From Armatimonadota bacterium (GTDB taxonomy: Bacteria; Armatimonadota; UBA10988): 48,321 bases of DNA. Made by a program: the position numbers and the translations under genes. Shown here one piece after another: positions 35,849-44,859 of this stretch. How positions within the stretch are numbered: the first letter of the stretch is position 1; the number at the start of each line of letters is the position of its first letter. Under the pieces are notes generated by a model. It did not search any database and was not told the DNA's origin. It worked only from the letters and a program-made list of their open reading frames with translations. The DNA is taken from positions 1 to 48,321 of the forward strand of contig JACRKZ010000002.1 of the NCBI GenBank assembly GCA_016235455.1. The letters run 5' to 3'.

Positions 35849-37999
35849 TCAGCGGCCGGAGATCCAGATCTGGTGTCTACCGGCCGTCAACCGAACGATG
35901 GCCAGGCGCGCCTCGCGGTCCACGCGAGCCCGGCCGCTCGACGAGCCCACCACGACGCCGCGCGGCACGAACGGGCAGCGCACCGCCACCGTGGCGCCGG
36001 TGGGCGTCTCTACCTCGCCGGCCACTTCGTTGCCCCGCACGGACAACGCCAGGTCCACGGGCTGCGTGGCGGTGATAACCTCGCCGCCAGACACCAACAG
36101 CCGCATGAGGCGGCGCGCGATGACCTGCTGCCATTCACCGTCAGCGTGCCGACGCAGTGCCAGGTAGGCGGCATCGGAGATGAGATGCGGCAAGGCGATA
36201 CCACGATCATGCGTGGGGAAGAGGACATCCTCGACGTCACCATCGGGCCACAACAGTCGCGTACCGACCGTGGCGTCGTCGGTCATGAGGCTCGGCTGTG
36301 GTGGATTGGCGCCGCCTGCCACACACGGCGCCATGACCACCAGGAACTGCGTGCGGGTGACCGGGGTCGACGTGCGCAGCCGCAGCCTTAGCGCCGTCGG
36401 ATCGACATCCGGCTTGGGCCGCGCCTCCTCGACGGTCAACGTAGTGCGGTCGGGCCGCAGGGCCGCGACGTGCAGCGCCGCGTTGCGCATCAACAAGCGG
36501 GCGTGGGTGCCGCCGTCCAGAGCGATCTGTCCGGCACTGTGCAGGAGCCAGTCGAACCGCGCGGGCCGCCGCGTGGCCAGCACGTCCCAGACGATGGTGT
36601 AGCCGGGCGCGAAGCCCACGTGGCGGTCGAAATCAATGACAGCACATTCGGCTGGGTAGCAGCCGCCGGCTTGTCCGACCAGGCAGCCGCCCAGCTCGCT
36701 GAGCCAGGCCGAAGCCAGGCGCGCGCCGTCATCGTCGCGCTCGTCAGCCGGCAGTTGGCCGCGACCGTCTACCAGGATGGTGTTGTGGAACTCGCTGGTC
36801 GGTGCGGTCAGCGTGCCGGTATCCACCGCCAGCGCCTCGCCGCCGGCCCACAGCAGCAGGTGGTTGGCGTCGCAGTCGGGCCCGCCGCGCGCTGGGCCGG
36901 TGGCCAGCGCCACGGATTCCGCGGCGGCGTCCCAGTTGCTGCGCCAGACCGCCAGCCCATGCGCGGCGAAAGTGTGATAGGGCCGGCCGGTCGATACGCG
37001 GCGGCCCTCCGCGCCCTGGTCGAAGATCACGTCGAACGGCGTGCCGCGGCCCAGTTCGGCCGCACGCCAGCGCGACACCGCCGCGCGGAAGCCTGGCTCG
37101 TCGAACCGCTGCGCCAGCCGCATCAGCGCCCAGCGGCAGGGCTCGCTTCGCCACCGGTACTGCGCGCCCGGGCGCTCCGCCAGCTCGGCGCGCCGCCGGG
37201 GCAGGTCCTCGCGTCCGGTGTGGTCCAGGTCGAGCAGGTCGCATCCGGTCGGCGCGACGCCGTGCAGGGCCACGCGCCAGGCTTCGCGGTAGACGCCATG
37301 GTCGAACAGGTCGCGCCCCGCCAGGCGCTGCCAGGCGTCAGCCACGCGCGTCAGCAATGGCAGCAGCGCGTTCCAGTCCTCCAGGCCCGTGGGCCACCAG
37401 CCGTCGGCGGCCACGTCGTCCAGAAGCTGGCCCAGCAGCGGCTCGGTCTGCTCCAGCCACCCCGCGGCAGCGGATTCCACCGGCAGAAGCGACATCGCGG
37501 CGAGCTGCACGCCGGCCAGCGTGGCGGCATGAGCCGGCTCGTGCCAACCGCGCGGTGTGCCGTCGGTCAGCAACTCCGCCGCGCGCCCACACTGGTCGGC
37601 CAGCGTGCGCCCGAGCGCCTGGTAGCTCTGCTCGTCGAGCGTCTCGCTGAGCAGGTCGAGCGACCAGGCACAGGCCGCCAGGTACTGGCCGCGCTCGGTG
37701 CTGAGCGGCGCCATGCCGCGCGATGGCAGCAGCATGTCCAGGTGAGTGCGCAGCCAGTCGATGTCGGAAGTGTCGCCGGTGACCGCTGCGACGAAGGCCG
37801 CCGCCTCCACCGTCGCCGTCGCCGACCGCGGCAGCCGCTCGGGGCCGGGGCGCATGTCGTACTGGCAGTAGCGGAAGGCTTCGGACGGCCGGTTGGCCAA
37901 CTGGGCGCGCTGGCGCACCCACGGCTCCGCGTCGAGATGCAGCCACGGCCGCTGCCGCAGCTTCAGCGGGTCGATGCCGAGCCGCTGCAGCGCGCTCAT
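35849..37999 (-). CDS. Heparinase II/III-like protein (alpha-toroid + beta-sandwich)
   Basis: GLAVWRSNW, DANHLLLWAGGE.LAVDTG, HNTILVDGRGQ and FDWLLHS. ATGA-coupled to the upstream gene. Confidence 0.7.
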   Translation of the reverse strand: MSALQRLGIDPLKLRQRPWLHLDAEPWVRQRAQLANRPSEAFRYCQYDMRPGPERLPRSATATVEAAAFVAAVTGDTSDIDWLRTHLDMLLPSRGMAPLSTERGQYLAACAWSLDLLSETLDEQSYQALGRTLADQCGRAAELLTDGTPRGWHEPAHAATLAGVQLAAMSLLPVESAAAGWLEQTEPLLGQLLDDVAADGWWPTGLEDWNALLPLLTRVADAWQRLAGRDLFDHGVYREAWRVALHGVAPTGCDLLDLDHTGREDLPRRRAELAERPGAQYRWRSEPCRWALMRLAQRFDEPGFRAAVSRWRAAELGRGTPFDVIFDQGAEGRRVSTGRPYHTFAAHGLAVWRSNWDAAAESVALATGPARGGPDCDANHLLLWAGGEALAVDTGTLTAPTSEFHNTILVDGRGQLPADERDDDGARLASAWLSELGGCLVGQAGGCYPAECAVIDFDRHVGFAPGYTIVWDVLATRRPARFDWLLHSAGQIALDGGTHARLLMRNAALHVAALRPDRTTLTVEEARPKPDVDPTALRLRLRTSTPVTRTQFLVVMAPCVAGGANPPQPSLMTDDATVGTRLLWPDGDVEDVLFPTHDRGIALPHLISDAAYLALRRHADGEWQQVIARRLMRLLVSGGEVITATQPVDLALSVRGNEVAGEVETPTGATVAVRCPFVPRGVVVGSSSGRARVDREARLAIVRLTAGRHQIWISGR

Positions 38000-38904
38000 G
38001 CCCGGCCTCGCCGCGCGCCCAGCAGGCACAGCAATGCGGCGACACCGCCCACCGCCACCAGCGCCGGCGGCGCGCTCTGCATCCGCGCCAACTCGGCGTC
38101 CGACGCCATGGACATGGCCACCCCGGCGACCAGGTTGTTCACGGCGTGCGCCGCGACACCAGGCACGATGCTACCCGTGCGGTGGCGCAGTTCGCCCAGG
38201 TAGAGGCCCAGCACCAGCGCGCCCGTGCCCTGCACCAGGTCGCCGTGGAACACCGCGAAGGCAAGCGCCGGCACCAGCAGCGAGACGACGCGGCCGTAGC
38301 GCAGCAGGCTGCCCTGCAACATGCCGCGGAAGCCGGCCTCCTCGCACAGCCCAGGCACCAGGCCCAGCCCGATGATCATCAGCGGCCGCCAGCCGACCGG
38401 CACCGCGCGCACGGATTCGGCGATGAGCTGCAGCGCGCCTTGGTTCTTGCCAGTGGCGTGCCACACGGCCGTGCCACACCAGTCGCCCAGAATGCTGGCG
38501 CCCAGCAGGCCGATGGGCGCCAAGACCAGCGTCGGCCACGGCACGCTGTGCCAGGCAATGCCGCGGCGAATGGGGATGCGTCCGGCCAGAAGCGCCAGCA
38601 CAATGCCCAGCAGCATGGGCGGCTGCATGGCCAGGGAGAGGACGATCAGGCCGGGACCGGCGGTGACCGGCAATTGCAGGACGACGATCACCGAGACGGC
38701 GGCCAGACCGGCGAGGAGCCCGCCCACCGAGCAGCCGAGGAAGGCCAGTGCCGGGCTGGGATCCTCGTCGAGCAGAGGCGACTCGGGGCGCTCTCGTCGG
38801 GGTGCGTCGGTGTACGGCGCTGCCGGCGCGTCGGCGGGCAACTCCATGGTGGGGTCTTCCTCGGGCGGATGGTCGCTCACGGGCGCTCCCGCCGCCGCCG
38901 GCAC
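37996..38904 (-). CDS. CPBP (Abi/CAAX) intramembrane glutamic protease
   Basis: EEAGFRG, FAVFH and AHAVNN motifs, with multiple TM segments. Confidence 0.9.
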   Translation of the reverse strand: MPAAAGAPVSDHPPEEDPTMELPADAPAAPYTDAPRRERPESPLLDEDPSPALAFLGCSVGGLLAGLAAVSVIVVLQLPVTAGPGLIVLSLAMQPPMLLGIVLALLAGRIPIRRGIAWHSVPWPTLVLAPIGLLGASILGDWCGTAVWHATGKNQGALQLIAESVRAVPVGWRPLMIIGLGLVPGLCEEAGFRGMLQGSLLRYGRVVSLLVPALAFAVFHGDLVQGTGALVLGLYLGELRHRTGSIVPGVAAHAVNNLVAGVAMSMASDAELARMQSAPPALVAVGGVAALLCLLGARRGRA

Positions 38905-38908
38905 GACC

Positions 38909-39376
38909 CTAGGAGACGGGCGGAACCAGCAGCCGCTCTTTGTTGTAGATGAAGTCCATGCGGCTGTCCTCGGCCAGCGCGTAGTCGTCGGTCAGGACGA
39001 TGGCGCCGGTGGGGCAGGCCTCTTCACACATACCACAGAAGATGCAGCGCAGCAGGTTGATCTGGTAGGTCGAGGCGTAGCGCTCGCCGGGCGAGTAGCG
39101 CTCGTCGTCGGTGTTCTCCGCGGCTTCGACATAGATGCAGTCGGCCGGGCAGGCCGCCGAGCACAGCGAGCAGCCGATGCAGCGCTCGAGGCCGACGTTC
39201 TCGCCCTCCTGATAGCGCCGCAGGATATGCCGCCAGCGCGCGCGGTCGGGCACCGGCTTGCGCTGCTCGGGATACTCGTAGGTCACCGGCTCCATGGCCA
39301 TGTGCCGACCGGTGGTGCGGAACCCCTCGCGGATCGGCTCCAGTACCTCCAGCACCTGCTTGAAGAACTCGCGCAT
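38909..39376 (-). CDS. nuoI: NADH-quinone oxidoreductase subunit I
   Basis: [29 protein letters not shown] and [13 protein letters not shown]. Confidence 0.95.
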   Translation of the reverse strand: MREFFKQVLEVLEPIREGFRTTGRHMAMEPVTYEYPEQRKPVPDRARWRHILRRYQEGENVGLERCIGCSLCSAACPADCIYVEAAENTDDERYSPGERYASTYQINLLRCIFCGMCEEACPTGAIVLTDDYALAEDSRMDFIYNKERLLVPPVS

Positions 39377-39379
39377 GTC

Positions 39380-40540
39380 CTACGAACTCCCACGCCGTCG
39401 ACGGTAGATCAGATACGCGGCGGCCACCGCCAGCAGAGACAGGAGGCGGAACCAGCCGTCTCCGCTGAAGACGAAGCCGTCGACCACCTTGCCGGCGCCG
39501 GCCAGCACGGTTACCACCGCCACCCAGACCAGCGCGGCGGGCAGCAGCACCACCCAGCCGAGCGCCATGAGCTGGTCCCAGCGCATGCGCGGCAGCGTCC
39601 AGCGCAGCCAGATGTACAGGAAGATGAACAGCGTCACCTTCAGGAAGAACCAGAACAGCGGGGCCAGGTACATCAGCACCGGTACCGTGCTCACATTGAG
39701 CCGCGCCAGCAGCGGGATGCCGGCGAACGGGCTGAGCCAGCCGCCAAAGAACAGGCACGTGCAGACCGCCGAGAGCGTGGTCATGTGCACGTACTCGCCC
39801 ATGTAGAACATGGCGAAGCGGAAGCTGGAATACTCGGTGTGGAAGCCCGCCACCAGTTCCTGCTCGGCCTCGGGCAGGTCGAACGGCGCGCGGTTGCTCT
39901 CGGCCACCGCGGCGATGATGAACACCACGAACGCGGGCAGGTGCCAGATGAAGTTCCACGCCAGCGGGCCCACGCCCTGCTGCGAGTTGACCGCCGTGCG
40001 CAGGCTCAGCGCATGTCCGCCGTGGCTGGCCGCGTAGACGCTGGTGGTCAGCAGCACGGCGATGATGGCCAGGCTCATGCCCAGCTCGTAGCTGACCATC
40101 TGCGCCGCCGAGCGGATACCGCCCATCATCGACCACTTGTTGTTGGACGCCCAGCCGGCCAGCACCACGCCGTAGACCGCCAGCGACGAGAGCGCGAGGA
40201 TCCACAGCACACCAATGTTGACGTCGGCGGCCTGCAAGTCACCGAACGGGATGACCGCCAACGCCGCCATCGACGGCACCAGGGCGATGATCGGCGCCAG
40301 CAGATAAACCACGCGGTCGACATGCGCGGGGGTGATGTCTTCCTTGAAGATCAGCTTGGCGGCATCAGCCATTGGCTGCAACAGGCCCATCACGCCAACG
40401 CGGTTGGGGCCGATGCGCTGCTGGATGCGCGCGCAGACCCGGCGCTCCAGCCAGATCCACAGCGGCACCGTGGTCAAGACGACCATCAGCACCACGAGCG
40501 GCGCGAGTGCCATGCGCCACAGACCTTCCCAGAATCCCAT
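39380..40540 (-). CDS. nuoH: NADH-quinone oxidoreductase subunit H
   Basis: ERR...RIGPNRVG, GLLQPMADAAKLIFKE, AQMVSYE, NRAPFDLPEAEQELVAGFHTEYS and LPRMRWDQLM. Confidence 0.95.
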   Translation of the reverse strand: MGFWEGLWRMALAPLVVLMVVLTTVPLWIWLERRVCARIQQRIGPNRVGVMGLLQPMADAAKLIFKEDITPAHVDRVVYLLAPIIALVPSMAALAVIPFGDLQAADVNIGVLWILALSSLAVYGVVLAGWASNNKWSMMGGIRSAAQMVSYELGMSLAIIAVLLTTSVYAASHGGHALSLRTAVNSQQGVGPLAWNFIWHLPAFVVFIIAAVAESNRAPFDLPEAEQELVAGFHTEYSSFRFAMFYMGEYVHMTTLSAVCTCLFFGGWLSPFAGIPLLARLNVSTVPVLMYLAPLFWFFLKVTLFIFLYIWLRWTLPRMRWDQLMALGWVVLLPAALVWVAVVTVLAGAGKVVDGFVFSGDGWFRLLSLLAVAAAYLIYRRRRGSS

Positions 40541-40572
40541 GCCGACTGCCTTCCTGCAGCTTGCCCTGTGCC

Positions 40573-40601
40573 ATGGTAGCGCCTGGCTCGGACGTTGCCA
40601 A
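40573..40601 (-). promoter_or_regulatory. Candidate sigma70 promoter for nuoH
   Basis: Minus strand TTGGCA-N17-TACCAT. Confidence 0.5.
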
Positions 40602-40643
40602 TAGCCTGATGCCCAGACTCGCTCGCGTCAAGCCCGGCGCGGG

Positions 40644-41525
40644 TCAGAGGCCAGGCTCGCGCGAACCGCGGCGGCGCCGCCTGGTCCACCACACCAGCCC
40701 CGCGAACGCCAACCAGTACGGCAGCATGACCAGCACATAGATCACCAGCGAAAGCACCGCATGCCCGATGACCAGGAAGTCCTGGCAAGCACTCTTGATC
40801 ACCGTGGTAGCACGCCAGGTGGCCGCGGGCGCCACGCCCGCCGGCGAGCGGACCTCCACATGCACGGTCGACAGGTCCACCTGGTTGCCCAGGAACCGCA
40901 GCCGACCTTGCGCCTGCTCAATCTCGCCGCGCACCCGGCTCAACTCGCGCTCCACCTCGAGCAACGCCGACACGCCGCCCGCCTTGTCCAGCAGTTGCAG
41001 CAGCCGCTCTTCCTCCTGGCGCTTGGTCTTGATGCGCGCCTCCAGGTCGACCCACTCCTCGCCCACGTCCTTGGCCTCGACACGGCGGCTCATGACGCGC
41101 CCCAGCTTGGCGATCTCTGTCATCAACGCGCCGAACTTCTCCGCCGGCACGCGCAGCACGATGGATGCGGTCTGCCGGTCGCCGGCGCTCTGCTCCATGT
41201 TGCCTTCGTAGCCACCCAGCCGGCGAGCCACGGCGGCGACCTGGCTCAGCACGTCGCCCACCTTGTCTGACTCGAGAGTCACATAGCCCTCGTAGATGAT
41301 CTTGCGCGGGATGGTCCGCGGCGCCTCCGCTGCATCGCCAGAGCGCGCCTGGCTCTTGGCCTCGGCCGCGGCCGGCGCGGACGGCGGCGCTGAAGGCTCG
41401 CCCGGTGCGGCCGCGGCCCCGGGCGGCGGCGCGGCCTGTTCGGCCTTCGGCGCACAGCCGAACATCATCGCGGCCAACACCGCGAGCAGAGCTAATCCAG
41501 CGGTCCGTGCCAAGCGCATGGCCAT
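40644..41525 (-). CDS. DUF4349-family lipoprotein
   Basis: Lipobox-like MFGC, RKII, LRVPAE.F, DVGEEWVDLEAR, VERELSRVRGEIE, and a C-terminal TM. Confidence 0.85.
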   Translation of the reverse strand: MAMRLARTAGLALLAVLAAMMFGCAPKAEQAAPPPGAAAAPGEPSAPPSAPAAAEAKSQARSGDAAEAPRTIPRKIIYEGYVTLESDKVGDVLSQVAAVARRLGGYEGNMEQSAGDRQTASIVLRVPAEKFGALMTEIAKLGRVMSRRVEAKDVGEEWVDLEARIKTKRQEEERLLQLLDKAGGVSALLEVERELSRVRGEIEQAQGRLRFLGNQVDLSTVHVEVRSPAGVAPAATWRATTVIKSACQDFLVIGHAVLSLVIYVLVMLPYWLAFAGLVWWTRRRRRGSREPGL

Positions 41526-41630
41526 GTCCCTCGATAGACCCAGTACGCCACCGCCCGCCGTCCGCGAGTCTTACTTGCGCAACAATCGACGGCCAGCGGC
41601 GATCCGTGGCCCGACCGCCGTCCCGTCCGG

Positions 41631-41690
41631 TTGACAGCCCCGACTCCCCGATCTATCGTGGCCACAACGCAATTGAGAGCGAATGTCAAT
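41631..41690 (+). promoter_or_regulatory. Sigma70 promoter plus a downstream palindromic operator candidate
   Basis: TTGACA-N17-TATCGT, then ATTGA-N9-TCAAT at 41672-41690. Confidence 0.55.
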
Positions 41691-41768
41691 CTCACTTGCG
41701 GCGGATGTACCGACGTCAGGAAGTCGTTCCTCAGCGGGACGTCCATGTGCTCTGCATGGAGGACCAAC

Positions 41769-42452
41769 ATGACCCCTATTCGACGCGGCCCCGCGCGGCC
41801 GGCGTTCACGCTGATAGAGCTGCTGGTAGCCATGGCAATTATCGCCATCCTGGCCACCATCCTGTTCCCTGTCTTCGCCCAGGCGCGCGAGAAGGCGCGT
41901 CAGACGGCCTGTCTCTCCAATCTCAAGCAACTGGGGCTGGCCACCGAGGCCTATGCCCAGGACTACGATGAGCGACTGCCTGTACTACAGACCATCTGGC
42001 CGGGCCGGGTACAGGCGCCGGAAGGCGACCTCGACGGCGCCCTTTCACCGCTGACGGTGCTGGCGCCGTATGTCCGGGCCGCCGGCGTGTTCGTCTGCCC
42101 CAGCCTGCGGCGCGCGCTGCCCACGGGTGGGGCGCGGCCGCGGATGACCTATGTCTTCTACGGTGCCGACCTGCTGGAGCGCAGCTACGGCTGGCCGCCG
42201 GGCTGGGCGCCGCCGGGTATGTCGTCGCAGGCCTGGGAGGTGTTCGACGGCCAGCCCATCGGCACCGCCATCGACCACAGCGGCGGGGTCGGCGACGTGG
42301 CCGAGCGCGTCATGGTGCGCGACTCCGTGGTCGTCGCGGGCAACACCGTCGAATGGCCGCATCAGGAGGCGCTGGACTACCTGTATGCCGACGGCCACGC
42401 CAAGGTCAAGCGCCCGGCTGGCCATGGCGGGTTCATCGACTACGGGTTCTGA
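41769..42452 (+). CDS. Prepilin-type N-terminal cleavage/methylation protein (DUF1559-like, H-X9-DG)
   Basis: [33 protein letters not shown]...[11 protein letters not shown] and C-terminal [21 protein letters not shown]. Confidence 0.9.
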   Translation: MTPIRRGPARPAFTLIELLVAMAIIAILATILFPVFAQAREKARQTACLSNLKQLGLATEAYAQDYDERLPVLQTIWPGRVQAPEGDLDGALSPLTVLAPYVRAAGVFVCPSLRRALPTGGARPRMTYVFYGADLLERSYGWPPGWAPPGMSSQAWEVFDGQPIGTAIDHSGGVGDVAERVMVRDSVVVAGNTVEWPHQEALDYLYADGHAKVKRPAGHGGFIDYGF

Positions 42453-42551
42453 GCCGTTTCCGGCCGATTCGCTCGTGGGTTTGACCGTTCCCATCGCCGC
42501 TGGTGCGACCGCGCTCGCAGCGTCTACAATGGACGCACAGGACGTACGACC

Positions 42552-43529
42552 ATGGGCTTCTGGGATCGATTCGGCGACGACTACCGTCGCAACTGCCTGG
42601 CTTGGCGCCATGCGGCGCGCAATCCGGTCATTCCCGCCGCGGGTGACACCTGGAAGTGCTGCTGGACAGCCAATCCCGACGTCCTCGAATTTGGCGGGAG
42701 ACGACTGCTCTACTACCGCGGCAATGGTGTGCTCCCTGGCTCCGACGGTCAGCGCCACGACCGCCTGGCCGTGGCCGAACTGGTCAGTGTGGCGGCACAC
42801 GCCTTCGAGTACCGCGACCTGGCCGACGGTCAGCCCATCGTCGATGTCGGCGCGCCAGGCTCGTTCGACTGCCACCACGCGCTCGATCCCGCGGCGGCGG
42901 TGTTCGGCGGCGAGGTGCTGCTGTACTACTCGGCCATCGGCGATGGGCCAGACCGGGTCGGCCTGGCGCGCAGCCGCGACGGCGAACACTTCGAGAAGGT
43001 GGGCTGTGTGCTCACCGGCCGCGCACCCGAGGTGGTGGTGCGCGACGGCCACGTGCACATGCTCTACCAGCTCGTGGACGACCAGGGGCGGTACGAGCTG
43101 CACCTGGCGCGCTCGGCCGACGGCCTGCAGTTCGAGCGCGTATCGGAGCGGCCAGTCTTCGCCAAGGCGCCGGCCCCCGCTTGGGACAGCTTCGACGTGG
43201 CCACCGGCCGGGTGTTCGTCGAAGAGGGCTGGTACTACCTGATCTATGGCGGCAGCGCGTCGCTGGTCGACCAGCCGGACTACTTCGGGGTGGCCCGTTC
43301 GCGCGACCTGCTGACCTGGGAACGCCATCCCGGCAATCCCATCTTCGGCTGCGGCCCGCGCGGCAGCGAGGACGGCGGCGCCATCTGGTTCCCGGCGCTG
43401 ATCGAGGCCGAGGACTGCTACGCGCTACTCTACGAGGGCAGCCGCGGCAACTACCAGTTCGACCTGTCATCGCAGATCTGCCTGGCCACGCTGGCCAAGG
43501 GCGCGCTGCGCGCGGCAGGCGCGACGTAG
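42552..43529 (+). CDS. Five-bladed beta-propeller glycosidase/phosphorylase-like protein (GH32/43/130-like fold)
   Basis: NPVI, ANPDV, LLYY, DP, GLARSRDG, RAPEV, WD and W.RHPGNPIF repeats. Confidence 0.7.
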   Translation: MGFWDRFGDDYRRNCLAWRHAARNPVIPAAGDTWKCCWTANPDVLEFGGRRLLYYRGNGVLPGSDGQRHDRLAVAELVSVAAHAFEYRDLADGQPIVDVGAPGSFDCHHALDPAAAVFGGEVLLYYSAIGDGPDRVGLARSRDGEHFEKVGCVLTGRAPEVVVRDGHVHMLYQLVDDQGRYELHLARSADGLQFERVSERPVFAKAPAPAWDSFDVATGRVFVEEGWYYLIYGGSASLVDQPDYFGVARSRDLLTWERHPGNPIFGCGPRGSEDGGAIWFPALIEAEDCYALLYEGSRGNYQFDLSSQICLATLAKGALRAAGAT

Positions 43530-43654
43530 GACGTTCGCCGTGCGACTCGGGACCGTGTAGCCGACCCGTGTGCCCGGCCGCGCAGTCCACCGACCTGTGG
43601 CCAACAGCCCACGTCCCAGAAGGACTTCGCTCCGCGGTGTCGTATCATAGGTGC

Positions 43655-44194
43655 GTGGCAACCACCCTTGACCAGGTCATCGACTACCTGCAGCACGACA
43701 ACTGGCGGTTCCGTCTGGACACCGACAGTGATCTGATCGTGTGCCGTGGCGAAGGCGCCAACGGGCGTTGGCCGATCGAGGTGCGGCTGTCGGAGGACGG
43801 CCACTGCCTGCATCTGCGCGTGCCCAAGGTGGTCTCCCTGGGCGAGTCGCCGCACGTGCCCACGTTGCTGGCCTCACTGCTGGAACTGCATTTCCGGCTG
43901 AAGCTGGGCCGATTCGGGCTGGATCCCAGCGATGGCGAGGTGGACTGCGAGGTGGTCGTGCCTTTGGAGGACGCGCCGCTGACCTTCCGCCAGTTCCGCC
44001 GTTCCATCGGCACGCTGTTGCTGCTGGTGGATCAACAGGCACCGCGGTTGCGCGCGCTGCTGGCCACGGGCCGCGACCCCGACCGCGACGATGAGCAACA
44101 GCAGTTCGACCGCTTCCTGGACGAGTTGGCGCGCGCCATGGGCCTCACGCGCGAGGCGCTGGCCCGCCGCCTGGCTGAGGATGGCCCGGCGTGA
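43655..44194 (+). CDS. YbjN-like (T3SS-chaperone-fold) protein
   Basis: LLELHFRLKLGRFGLDPSDGEV...PLED..LT..QF pattern. GTG start 6 nt after TATCAT, so possibly leaderless. Confidence 0.65.
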   Translation: MATTLDQVIDYLQHDNWRFRLDTDSDLIVCRGEGANGRWPIEVRLSEDGHCLHLRVPKVVSLGESPHVPTLLASLLELHFRLKLGRFGLDPSDGEVDCEVVVPLEDAPLTFRQFRRSIGTLLLLVDQQAPRLRALLATGRDPDRDDEQQQFDRFLDELARAMGLTREALARRLAEDGPA

Positions 44195-44204
44195 GGAGAC
44201 GTAC

Positions 44205-44837
44205 ATGAACCCGATACTAAGTCGGCTGCGCCATCTGCCACCGCCGCTGGTGGATGGGCGAGCCACCCATTGTGCGCTGACTGCCGTGGGCGGCCGCATC
44301 TGCTTCACCGAGCCCAACCAGGCCATCAACCAGCGCCGACGCGCCGGCCTGCGCCGACGCGCCAAGTGGCTGGCTGGCGCCGCCGCCAGCCTGACTGCCG
44401 CCGCGCGCTGGAGCGGTCCGCTGCGCGGTGCGGCCGGTCTGGCCGGCGCGGTCTTCTCGCTGGCCGCGGCCGACGGGCTGGGCCGTGACCTGGGCCGCGG
44501 CCGCCGGCCGCACGAGTACGCGGTGATCGACGCCGTGCGCGGCGAGGTGGACCTGCGCGCGCCCGACGGCTGGACCATCACCGCGCCACTGCACGATGTG
44601 CGTGCCTTCCTCATCGTCATCGACGACGAAGCGCACCGCTGCCACCTGGGCATGGTCATGTCCGATGGCGGCTACCTGCCCTGGCTGACGACGCACGATC
44701 CCCGGCCGGCCAACGCGCTGTGCTGGGTGTTCGGCCACCTCACCGGCATCGCCGCCTTGCGGCTGCACGGCAGCCTGCCCCTGGTGCCCCAGTGGCCGGC
44801 GCAAGCGCAGCCCATCGACGCGCCGACGCCACTCTAG
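44205..44837 (+). CDS. Hypothetical membrane-associated protein
   Basis: GAGGAG RBS and a central Ala/Gly-rich hydrophobic hairpin; fills the operon gap. Confidence 0.6.
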   Translation: MNPILSRLRHLPPPLVDGRATHCALTAVGGRICFTEPNQAINQRRRAGLRRRAKWLAGAAASLTAAARWSGPLRGAAGLAGAVFSLAAADGLGRDLGRGRRPHEYAVIDAVRGEVDLRAPDGWTITAPLHDVRAFLIVIDDEAHRCHLGMVMSDGGYLPWLTTHDPRPANALCWVFGHLTGIAALRLHGSLPLVPQWPAQAQPIDAPTPL

Positions 44838-44859
44838 CCTACGCTCCCGAGGACCCGCC

